Below are positions 38,568-47,341 of a DNA stretch of 64,000 nucleotides, one piece after another. Source of the stretch: Candidatus Thorarchaeota archaeon (GTDB lineage: Archaea > Asgardarchaeota > Thorarchaeia > Thorarchaeales > Thorarchaeaceae); NCBI GenBank assembly GCA_048882325.1, contig JBHLRS010000008.1, positions 34,056 through 98,055 on the forward strand. The letters are read 5' to 3'. A model generated the notes under the pieces. It was not told where the DNA came from. It searched no databases and worked only from the letters and a program-made list of their open reading frames with translations. A program made the translations under genes and the position numbers. Positions within the stretch are counted from its first letter, which is position 1. Each line of letters starts with the position of its first letter.

Positions 38568-41009
38568 TTATATACCTACTACTTCGACCTCGTGACCCAT
38601 TCCAAAGTCAGCAGGTTTCATACTCTTTCGAACCGACCAGATGGTCATAATGAAGAGTATGACAAGAGCTAGCACTGCCGCGTAGAATAGCTCAACAGAT
38701 CCACCGTTCTGTATCATGACGAGAACGGGAGCGAGAATCAGGGCTAGAAGGTTTACAACCTTAATCATAGGGTTAAGGGCGGGACCAGCTGTGTCTTTCA
38801 GTGGATCACCGATTGTGTCACCGACAACTCCACATTTGTGGCGCTCTGAACCTTTGCCAGTGTTGTGTTCCGGATCACTGGGTTCATCCTCGATGGCTTT
38901 CTTCGCGTTATCCCAAGCTCCACCAGCGTTAGACATGTACACAGCAAGTAGCTGTCCAGAAACGATGATTCCTCCAAGAAATCCTCCAAGAGCTTCAACT
39001 CCAAACAGGACACCCACAATGATTGGTATTGATACCGTCATTGCAGCTAGGGAGATGAGTTCTTTCTGAGCAGCTGTTGTAGAGATATCGACTGCTCTAT
39101 CATAATCAGGTGGCGTAGTGCCTTCAAGGATTCCGGGAATTCTGAACTGACGCCTGACTTCTTGCACCATTTCACCAGCAGCTCTTGTCACAGCTTTGAT
39201 GTTTACTGCAGAAAAGAGCCATGGGAGTGAAGCACCGAGTAGAAGGCCAGCAAAGACTCTTGGATCATCTAGAAAGATGTGGTCTACTGGAGGTACTAAG
39301 TTATGAAGTGCCACAACTACGAAGCTGTCGAACAGGCTTACTGCTGCAATGACAGCGGATGCAATTGCAACACCTTTAGTGATAGCTTTGGTAGTGTTGC
39401 CAACTGCATCGAGCTCGGCCATAGTCTTCATCGCAGTTTGATCGAAGTCACCAGGTGATAGTTCACCGATACCCGCAGCATTGTCGCTAATAGGACCATA
39501 GGAGTCCATTGCTACATTGTTACCAGTGTGACTAAGCATACCGATACCAATCAATGCAATACCATAGAGCGTCCAAAGGTTACCTACGACAAGATCGGAC
39601 ACTACTAAAGGTGCAGGGAGGATTGCTGTATTGATTACAAATGGAGCTATAGCCAGTGCAATAGGTCCAAAGAACAATGCCCAGGCGATGCCAAAGGTTG
39701 CAACAATAACGACCAATGCTGCAACTGTCGACTCGTAACCTGCAACAATTCCTGATAGGATGAATGTTGCATGTCCAGTATCAGCAGACTTTACAATTTC
39801 AATTACTGGAGGTTTCTTCAATGAGGTGAAGTAACTAGTAATCGGATTGAACGAGACAGCTAGAAGAACACCAACTGCTATGAGAATTCCAAAACGTAAG
39901 TCTCCAACATAAAACCAGGAAAGAATCATTGTAATAGTTATAGTGAAGATGCTTGATGCTTCATATGAAAGGAACATAGCTTTCTCTGCGTACACTGCTC
40001 TCTTTCTCAAGAGCCTTGGCCACACAGGGACCATAACGGTTCCTATCATTGACGAAATCACGCCAATTGCTCTGACAAATAGTGGAAACACTACAACTGC
40101 CAAAGGTGAAAAGAATGGAATTACAGTTCCAATTCCTTCGAATGCCTCGAGCATGTTAAGATATAGTACTATTGCTAGAATCAGAGCTGAAACAATAGTA
40201 ACTTCATATGACTCGAAGATATCGGCAGCCATTCCTGCACAATCTCCGACATTATCACCAACCAGGTCTGCAACAACTGCTGCATTTCGTGGATCGTCTT
40301 CTGGAAGACCCTGCTCAACCTTACCAACAAGGTCTGCGCCTACATCTGCTGCCTTTGTATAAATACCACCACCGACTCGCATGAAGAGAGCCAATAATGT
40401 ACCTCCAAGACCAAATCCTAGAAGTGCATCTGGTGCGGCAATTCCGAATATTATGAAGACGATGGTTCCACCAAGTAGACCGAGTCCATCAGTCAGCATT
40501 CCTGTGAAGGTTCCACCTCTGTATGAGATTGTCAATGCACGATTGTATCTATCTTCGCCAGAACGTGTAGCCTGCGCAACCCTAATGTTCGATTCCACAG
40601 CAATTCGCATGCCAAGCTGCCCCACAGTCAGTGAGAAACTTGCACCTACAACAAAAGCTATTGATCGACCAATTCCAACGAGAACCTTCCCCAACTCTAG
40701 ATTATCTTGAAAGAGTCGTTCGGTACCTCTCTCAGGAACAGTAATGTAAACGGTAAAGAAGAGAAGGACTGCTAAAACTACAATAATGGGACGGATTGTC
40801 TTCAACTGTCTATTCAGATAAGACAACGCACCTTCCCTAATTCCGTTCCAGACCTTCTGCATCTGCTCAGTTCCCTTGTCCTGTTCAAGGACACCTTTCC
40901 TGAGCCACCAAGCATACACGAGACTGACAATTGCGGCTGCAATGACTGTGAGAATCATTGCTCGCTCAACAGGCGACATTTCTAACAAGAATGTGTCGAA
41001 TAATTGCAT
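38568..41009 (-). CDS. hppA: Membrane-bound H+-translocating pyrophosphatase, K+-independent type
   Basis: GGGIYTKAADVGADLVGKVE, DDPRN, GDNVGD, GNTTKA (Lys = K+-independent), GDPLKDT; ATG 41009 after GGTGA (ORF track start 41024). Confidence 0.96.
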   Translation of the reverse strand: MQLFDTFLLEMSPVERAMILTVIAAAIVSLVYAWWLRKGVLEQDKGTEQMQKVWNGIREGALSYLNRQLKTIRPIIVVLAVLLFFTVYITVPERGTERLFQDNLELGKVLVGIGRSIAFVVGASFSLTVGQLGMRIAVESNIRVAQATRSGEDRYNRALTISYRGGTFTGMLTDGLGLLGGTIVFIIFGIAAPDALLGFGLGGTLLALFMRVGGGIYTKAADVGADLVGKVEQGLPEDDPRNAAVVADLVGDNVGDCAGMAADIFESYEVTIVSALILAIVLYLNMLEAFEGIGTVIPFFSPLAVVVFPLFVRAIGVISSMIGTVMVPVWPRLLRKRAVYAEKAMFLSYEASSIFTITITMILSWFYVGDLRFGILIAVGVLLAVSFNPITSYFTSLKKPPVIEIVKSADTGHATFILSGIVAGYESTVAALVVIVATFGIAWALFFGPIALAIAPFVINTAILPAPLVVSDLVVGNLWTLYGIALIGIGMLSHTGNNVAMDSYGPISDNAAGIGELSPGDFDQTAMKTMAELDAVGNTTKAITKGVAIASAVIAAVSLFDSFVVVALHNLVPPVDHIFLDDPRVFAGLLLGASLPWLFSAVNIKAVTRAAGEMVQEVRRQFRIPGILEGTTPPDYDRAVDISTTAAQKELISLAAMTVSIPIIVGVLFGVEALGGFLGGIIVSGQLLAVYMSNAGGAWDNAKKAIEDEPSDPEHNTGKGSERHKCGVVGDTIGDPLKDTAGPALNPMIKVVNLLALILAPVLVMIQNGGSVELFYAAVLALVILFIMTIWSVRKSMKPADFGMGHEVEVVGI

Positions 41010-41237
41010 ATTGTCATTCACCACTTCAGGGGGATTCGAACAACTCTCTACAAGAGAGAAGTGAGTGTTGGCACACTACATAGCCCCTGTCGTTTCGATT
41101 TCCGCGAAGATGGCTCCCTTTAAGGGTTACTTTACGACGCTGTTTATGCAAATACATAATTCAGGATAAAGATTCATATTGAAATACCAGAAAATTGGCA
41201 TAGTCGAATTTAACATTCGCCGTTCTTTCTATGAGGT

Positions 41238-42275
41238 ATGGTCGATTCAAAGGAAATAGAGAAGGAATTGAAGACGCCAGTCTATTTTGATGAAGACACG
41301 AATCTTGAGATATTGGATGGACCAATTGCAATTATTGGATATGGGAACCAAGGAAGAGCTCAGGCGCTCAATCTCAAGGATAGTGGATTGGATGTCATAA
41401 TCGGAAATATCAAGGATGAGTATCGTGAACAAGCTGAAGTAGACGGGTTTCACGTTTCCGAGATTAAGGAGGCGGCTGAGAAAGCCAGAATTCTTCTTTT
41501 TCTCATTCCGGATGAGCTTCAACCAGTCATTTTTGAGGAACAGATTAAACCAGCCCTCACGAAAGGCAAAGTACTTTGTTTCGCATCAGGATACAACATC
41601 ACCTTTGAGACAATCTCAGTTCCTCATGACATCGATACTGTACTCGTAGCTCCGAGAATGATTGGAAAAGGTGTCAGAGAGTCATATGTCAAAGGCAGAG
41701 GATTCTACTCCTTCATTGGAGTGCACAACGATGCATCAGGAAACGCGATGGATATTGCGTTAGCTATAGCGAAGGGTATTGGGTCGACAAAACCTGGTGG
41801 TGCAGTCCTAGAGGTCACATTCAAGCAAGAAACAGAACTTGATCTTTTTAATGAGCAATGCTTTGGTCCAGCTTTTGGACAAGTCTTGACACTCGCTGTG
41901 GATGTTGCGATAGAAGCAGGTTATCCTCCAGAAGCTGTACTTCTTGAACTCTATATGTCAGGGGAGTTCGCATTCACAGCAGAAATGATTGCTAAAATGG
42001 GGACTCTGAAACAGCTTGAACTTCACTCGCCAACCAGCCAATATGGGAGTATGTCAAGAGGTATGCGATACGCGAGTCCAGAGATGCGTGAAGCAATGGA
42101 AACATCACTCAAGGAAATTCAAGACGGATCTTTCGCAAAAGAGTTTGCTACCGAGTACGAGTTAGATTTGGAGATTCTCAATGACATGAAGGAGATGGCA
42201 CAAGACATTCCCATTGTCTATTTCGATAATGCAGTAAGAAAGAAACTAAGATTCGTAGATACTCAAAAGAAATAA
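41238..42275 (+). CDS. ilvC: Ketol-acid reductoisomerase
   Basis: IIGYGNQGRAQALNLKDSG, LIPDE, VAPR, ETELDLFNEQ. Confidence 0.9.
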   Translation: MVDSKEIEKELKTPVYFDEDTNLEILDGPIAIIGYGNQGRAQALNLKDSGLDVIIGNIKDEYREQAEVDGFHVSEIKEAAEKARILLFLIPDELQPVIFEEQIKPALTKGKVLCFASGYNITFETISVPHDIDTVLVAPRMIGKGVRESYVKGRGFYSFIGVHNDASGNAMDIALAIAKGIGSTKPGGAVLEVTFKQETELDLFNEQCFGPAFGQVLTLAVDVAIEAGYPPEAVLLELYMSGEFAFTAEMIAKMGTLKQLELHSPTSQYGSMSRGMRYASPEMREAMETSLKEIQDGSFAKEFATEYELDLEILNDMKEMAQDIPIVYFDNAVRKKLRFVDTQKK

Positions 42276-42294
42276 CGAATTGCTATAAGAAGAG

Positions 42295-42323
42295 ATGGTT
42301 GGCAGAGAGAAATTAGAACTCGC
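42295..42323 (-). repeat. Decayed copy of the tRNA-Ala 3' end (att-like remnant)
   Basis: atggttggcagagagaaattagaactcgc vs spliced-tRNA complement atggtggaccgagcgagatttgaactcgc: 23/29 ungapped. Confidence 0.55.
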
Positions 42324-42418
42324 CATTGAGGGAAATATGATTCTTTCCAAATTTCGAAAGACAATTTAGCATGTGGGAATACATGATAATCAATCGTCGT
42401 GGAAGTTGAGGTGAAGTA

Positions 42419-44254
42419 ATGGTAAGTCTTCGATCATCGAGTTTTGCAGTTATTTTTATCATTATCATGTTGCAGGTCAGCAGTACTTCACCAGAGGTCA
42501 GAAGAGTTTCCCCGGATATAGCTTCACTCAGTGAAATTGGAAGTACGATTGTCATAGGAACAACAAGCGGTGTTGAGTCAACGCTGGATATTGCTCAGTC
42601 CTTTGATATCTTTGGATGGACAATGATATCTTGTCTTTCATCAGGGCTGGTGGAAATTCGACCTAACTCTACAGCAGCGGGTGATGACATAATTCCAGCA
42701 CTTGCAGAGAGCTGGAGTGTTTCTACAGATGCGACTATTTGGGACTTCAATCTGAGAGAGGGAGTTGTTTTCGAAGATGGAGAACCATTCAGTGCAACCC
42801 ATGTAAAATATACATTTGATAGGAATTGTAATTTGACTGGTGTGGGACTACTCACGCTAGATGGCCCGCAATTCAACATCGGGTACAATACCATAATCGA
42901 GAATGTGACACTCCTCAGCGAGTTTGCCGTAAGGTTCTACCTCAAAATACCATTTGCTCCATTTCTCAACCTTCTAGCTATTCCTCCATCCTTTATTGTT
43001 GATCCTACTTATGCACCAATAGATGAACTAGTCACCTACATTGGAGGAAATCCAAGGGGAAGTCACCCCTGCGGTCTTGGGCCTTTTCTTCTTGAGAGCT
43101 GGTCACGAGTCGGTGGAGTAGATAATGAGATTAGGTTGATTGCTAATCCAGATTATTGGGATGGTAGTTCTGGAGAACCAAAGTCTGATGAGGTTATTGT
43201 GAAGTTCTATAGCAGTGAAACAGCACTGGCAGCTGCAATGATGGCTGGCGAAATTGACATTGCTCACAGAGATCTAACACCTGTCCAGCTAGGCGCATTC
43301 AGAGAATTGGAAGACACAGAAGTCTATAGAGAACCAAATGCCCAAATTCAATATCTTTGCTTCAACCAGAATTTCTACCCCTTAAATGAAACCTTGATTC
43401 GACAGGGAATTGGCGCAGCTTTAAACCGAAGTCATGTATGTGAGGTTGTCTTCCAGAACGAAATGATACCGCTTGAGAGTATAGTACCTAGCAATCTAGA
43501 ATATCATTATCCTTCATTTGCGGTTTATGGAGAGAACAACTACTCATTCACAAGAGCTGCTCTTCAGTTATTTGGATATAATGAAAGCAATAAGTTGAAT
43601 CTCGATCTCTATTATGAAAGCTCTGGCCATTATCCACAGAGTGTTGAACAAGCTTTGGTATATGAGAGTCACTTGGAAAGTACAGGTGTCATCAATGTAG
43701 CACTTCACGGGCTTGAATGGCCTTCATATAGATTGGCAAGAAATGCGGGTACTATGCCTATCTTCACCTATGGTTATTATTACTTTTACAGCGATGCGGA
43801 TAATTATGCATTCTTACCTTTTGCAAATTGGTTAAACATCGGCTATAATGAAAGCTATCCACAGGGGGGAGTTGATCAATACAACCTCTGGCTTGAGGGT
43901 CGGTCAACAATTACAGATTCGGAAAGAAGAGCAGCTTACTACAGTTTACAGGAGTTGCAAGCTGCTGAGTGTTCAGTCATCCCAATTTGGCAAGGTCATG
44001 ATGCAGTTGTTGCAGGTTCTGACGTATCTGGAGTCTATCCCGATTTTTCTGGTCTTCTGAGATACTGGCTCTTAGAAACTGTAGATGCAACACCAACAAT
44101 TTCGACATCATCATCATCCACAACGACAACAACCACCACTAATACCACAAACAATGGGCTCCCATTTGATATGATCACTCTGTTTGTTTCACTAACGTCC
44201 GCTGGCGTGATTATTATCATAGTAATTGTGATCATTAACTCAAGGAAAAAGTAA
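42419..44254 (+). CDS. Family 5 (peptide/nickel) ABC solute-binding protein with Ser/Thr linker and C-terminal TM anchor
   Basis: PALAESW, FNLREGVVFEDGEPFSA, GLGPF, NPDYW; SSSSTTTTTTTNTT before a TM helix; no permease nearby. Confidence 0.9.
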   Translation: MVSLRSSSFAVIFIIIMLQVSSTSPEVRRVSPDIASLSEIGSTIVIGTTSGVESTLDIAQSFDIFGWTMISCLSSGLVEIRPNSTAAGDDIIPALAESWSVSTDATIWDFNLREGVVFEDGEPFSATHVKYTFDRNCNLTGVGLLTLDGPQFNIGYNTIIENVTLLSEFAVRFYLKIPFAPFLNLLAIPPSFIVDPTYAPIDELVTYIGGNPRGSHPCGLGPFLLESWSRVGGVDNEIRLIANPDYWDGSSGEPKSDEVIVKFYSSETALAAAMMAGEIDIAHRDLTPVQLGAFRELEDTEVYREPNAQIQYLCFNQNFYPLNETLIRQGIGAALNRSHVCEVVFQNEMIPLESIVPSNLEYHYPSFAVYGENNYSFTRAALQLFGYNESNKLNLDLYYESSGHYPQSVEQALVYESHLESTGVINVALHGLEWPSYRLARNAGTMPIFTYGYYYFYSDADNYAFLPFANWLNIGYNESYPQGGVDQYNLWLEGRSTITDSERRAAYYSLQELQAAECSVIPIWQGHDAVVAGSDVSGVYPDFSGLLRYWLLETVDATPTISTSSSSTTTTTTTNTTNNGLPFDMITLFVSLTSAGVIIIIVIVIINSRKK

Positions 44255-44282
44255 CTGTATCGAAACTTCAGTATGAAAAGAA

Positions 44283-44390
44283 TGGTGGACCGAGCGAGAT
44301 TTGAATTCGCGCTTCGTGTGACTAACACAGCGAAGTCTCGCGACCTTCTGGATGCAAACCAGACGATCTGCCAGGCTGATCTATCGGCCC
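44283..44390 (-). tRNA. tRNA-Ala(UGC) with 31-nt intron at position 53/54 (44306-44336), CCA encoded
   Basis: GGGCCGA/TCGGTCC acceptor with G3:U70, anticodon arm TCTGG-TTTGCAT-CCAGA, T-arm GCGAG/[intron]TTCAAAT/CTCGC, ACCA. Confidence 0.93.
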
Positions 44391-44441
44391 ACGTCTACCG
44401 AGAGGATTTTCGGCTGAGTGTTTTAACCCTTACGCTCACAA

Positions 44442-45059
44442 CTATTTTTCAGACACAAAATCCTCACGAATCGTATCAAGCCAGAACGGGGCTCCCTTTA
44501 GTTGGGAGGCTTCTTCAATCGAGAGTTCCTCGATCGTGACTTTAGACATGTCATCAGGGATGATGCCACTGACACCTGCAGGGTCTTCAATCACAAGTGT
44601 AAAAGAAAACTCACCCTCAATAGCTCGATTCATGTCAGCCAAAATCTTTGCACCCCTCGATTTCTCATCCGGCTTTTCTGCAAATCTAATTGCTGTTTCA
44701 ACAACAGACATGGCTCGATGAAGCACGCCCTCAACATTAGTGATGAATGATTCAGCAGCAGGTCCAGGTTCTATATCAATCCCAAACTCTGGGAGTCTTA
44801 ATGTTCCAGATCCGGAGCGGACAACTCTGGAACGAAGGAGTGCTGGAGCATCAACATGAAGGGTGAAACGTGCAGGTTTTCTCTGTTCAGCTGAAAACAC
44901 ATCATTATGACTGAAGTTGCATACTGGACAGTCCATGGAGAACATGGCTAGCTCGTTAAAGTAAGGAATACTATAGAGCATGGAACGGACTATGAGATTC
45001 GCCTTATTACACGAGGGGCAAACGATACCATGCTCTTCTTTGTTGGACATGTCAACCAA
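44442..45059 (-). CDS. ZPR1 zinc-finger protein (archaeal single module)
   Basis: CPSC..IPYF..CPVC, IEPGP, FITNVEGVL, IEDPAGVS. Confidence 0.93.
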   Translation of the reverse strand: MVDMSNKEEHGIVCPSCNKANLIVRSMLYSIPYFNELAMFSMDCPVCNFSHNDVFSAEQRKPARFTLHVDAPALLRSRVVRSGSGTLRLPEFGIDIEPGPAAESFITNVEGVLHRAMSVVETAIRFAEKPDEKSRGAKILADMNRAIEGEFSFTLVIEDPAGVSGIIPDDMSKVTIEELSIEEASQLKGAPFWLDTIREDFVSEK

Positions 45060-45243
45060 CTTTGCTGGTGTTTGTCATCCTATAAGGATGACCGTGCAGA
45101 CCCATAGTGTTTCGCTAAGTACATCACTAGAAGGCTCAAAAGCCTCTAAGTTCTTATTGAGTACAGACACGCCGAGACTTTGGTCTAGGACTAAGAGGAT
45201 TCAGGAGCAGCGTACGCCATCAATAATCTGAGGTTTGCACACC

Positions 45244-46437
45244 ATGGAGATAAACAGTCTGTATATCATAAAACGAGATACAGGGGTGTGCATATATCAC
45301 AAAGACTTCACAGAATCTGCATTTGACCCACAGCTCCTTTCCTCATTCCTAGTAGCGATGACCTCGTTCTTCGATGAAGCAACACGCTCAGTGACCTCCC
45401 AAGCCCGCGCATTTGAGGGTGCAAACTACAAGATTGTGGTTGAATTCGGTGAATGGACACTCGGTGCAATATCAACTAAAGAGGATACGGCGAATGTTCG
45501 TACCAAGCTAAGGAGAATGATTAATCGGTTTGAGGATCAGTTCAATGTTTTGAGATGGGTAGACATTGATCTTGCAATCCATACTCGTTTTGAACAGAGT
45601 GTGATTGATGAGTTCATCAGAGACCGGATAAAACCAGATTCTGTCATAACTGTACGTGCAGAATGGGAACACTACACAAGACGACCTGATGTGATGTCGT
45701 TTCTTAGGTTAATTCCAGCAATATGCTCAGTCACAGATGCTGCTGATTTCTTAGAAGTTCCTGTTGAGGTTGCGATGAACTTAGCGGCGGAGGCACTCTG
45801 GGAGAAAGCAATCACCATACAGAATCCAGTAAAACCAGATGACATCTACCAAGCAACATCACTGACTGGTCAGAACTCTGAAGAAGAGGAACTCTCACCT
45901 GAAACTGCTAAGGCGTTGACTGAGCTAGATGGAGAAACTCCTGTTTCTATTGCAGCTGAAAGAGTGAGGACATCGGATATGGAGAGGTTTCTCAGAGATG
46001 TGGCTATCCTTGAAAGACGGAAAATGATCGAGCTAGTCACACCAGCTCATGCTGTCGCTGTTCGATACACTTCAGCTTTGCAGTCTCTTCTCAAGGCCTG
46101 CTCGAAAATTGTTGGAATAAATGCAATGAGAAAGGTCTTCTTTGTTTCGAGGGATGATTTGGTTGGTAATTATCCTTGGCTTGCATACGTCACTCTTGAA
46201 GAGGGCATTGACATTGAGATGCGAAGCTCTCTCACTGCTGCAACCATTAGAGGATCCATAGGACCTGATGTCCTGAATGATGGTTTCCGCGCAATAATGC
46301 AGTTCATAACTAGGAAGGTAAAAGATTTGACTGGAGCTCATCCGATGAACAGGATTATAGCTAACACGAGAGTGGAAATCCAGCAACAGTTTCCAAGCAC
46401 AGTTTATGAGATTGAATGGGAAAACTTCGTAGTATGA
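45244..46437 (+). CDS. Longin-domain protein with downstream winged-helix-like modules
   Basis: SLYIIKRDTGVCIY..DPQLLSSFLVAMTSFFDE longin signature. Confidence 0.75.
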   Translation: MEINSLYIIKRDTGVCIYHKDFTESAFDPQLLSSFLVAMTSFFDEATRSVTSQARAFEGANYKIVVEFGEWTLGAISTKEDTANVRTKLRRMINRFEDQFNVLRWVDIDLAIHTRFEQSVIDEFIRDRIKPDSVITVRAEWEHYTRRPDVMSFLRLIPAICSVTDAADFLEVPVEVAMNLAAEALWEKAITIQNPVKPDDIYQATSLTGQNSEEEELSPETAKALTELDGETPVSIAAERVRTSDMERFLRDVAILERRKMIELVTPAHAVAVRYTSALQSLLKACSKIVGINAMRKVFFVSRDDLVGNYPWLAYVTLEEGIDIEMRSSLTAATIRGSIGPDVLNDGFRAIMQFITRKVKDLTGAHPMNRIIANTRVEIQQQFPSTVYEIEWENFVV

Positions 46438-46514
46438 CGCGAATCACATCAACACAACATACAAATCTGGATTTCGAGCCCTAAAGAAGCTGAGCGTTAG
46501 GAGCAGGAAGCATA

Positions 46515-47336
46515 GTGTCGCAATCATCGGGTTGGAAATATGCAGCAATCATTATTTTCACTGGATTTGCTATTCTATTTGTTGCGGAGGTTCTTTATTT
46601 CTCAGGACTTCATTCATTCCTGAATATCTATGCAACAACTCTTAGTCCAATTATGGCATTCTTTCTTGGAATAGTCGGTCTGAATTTCTTTGGTAGGGAG
46701 TCACTGGTTAAAGAGGACAGATTCCATGCAATGAATGTATGGATGGCTTTGGGTCTGATTGTGTTTAGTCTTGCAGAAGTAACTGGGATTCTCATCAGAG
46801 TGACTGGGAATAGTAGTGATATCTACTTCACCATTGGTCTGGTCCAGATGCCTGCGCTACTACTCTGGTGCTTAGGAGTTGTTGGATATCTACGGTCATC
46901 AAACTCCGCTCTCGGTGTGTTTAATGGGGAGAGAATGAGTTCAATTCTGGTTATCTTGAGTTCTCTGGTAGGTCTTGCTTTAGTTGTAATCATGACTCTG
47001 ATTCGTCCGGAGCAGACCATTCTCATAATATTCGTTTCAGTTCCAGTGATAATCGGACTCGGAGTACTCCTGCTCATACTTGGAGGTATAGTCTGGGTGT
47101 TGAGAGAAGGATTAATCGCCAGACCGCTCATACTTATGTTCCTTGGGATACTGCTGCTTCTAATCAGGAGTCTTTTCTGGGGAATTATCAACTACTCTCC
47201 AGGCTCATCCTTTGATTACATCACAGCCATTGAGGGATTTGTTCTCGTTGGAGCAGCCCTTGCGGTAGCTAGTAGAATAGATGATGTCTACTTTGAGGAA
47301 AGTGCGGGAAGCCCAGAGGAAGAAACAGCTGAGTAG
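46515..47336 (+). CDS. 7-8 TM membrane protein
   Basis: Consecutive hydrophobic helices, acidic tail. Confidence 0.7.
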   Translation: MSQSSGWKYAAIIIFTGFAILFVAEVLYFSGLHSFLNIYATTLSPIMAFFLGIVGLNFFGRESLVKEDRFHAMNVWMALGLIVFSLAEVTGILIRVTGNSSDIYFTIGLVQMPALLLWCLGVVGYLRSSNSALGVFNGERMSSILVILSSLVGLALVVIMTLIRPEQTILIIFVSVPVIIGLGVLLLILGGIVWVLREGLIARPLILMFLGILLLLIRSLFWGIINYSPGSSFDYITAIEGFVLVGAALAVASRIDDVYFEESAGSPEEETAE

Positions 47337-47341
47337 TGGTT

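Noticed and set aside
41027-41089. tRNA gene (contains GTTCGAATCCCC)
   Set aside because: No T-stem 5' strand and no proper D-arm or CCA end; kept only as a leader-structure candidate
44273-44539. 88-aa ORF from the track
   Set aside because: Antisense to tRNA-Ala and overlaps ZPR1
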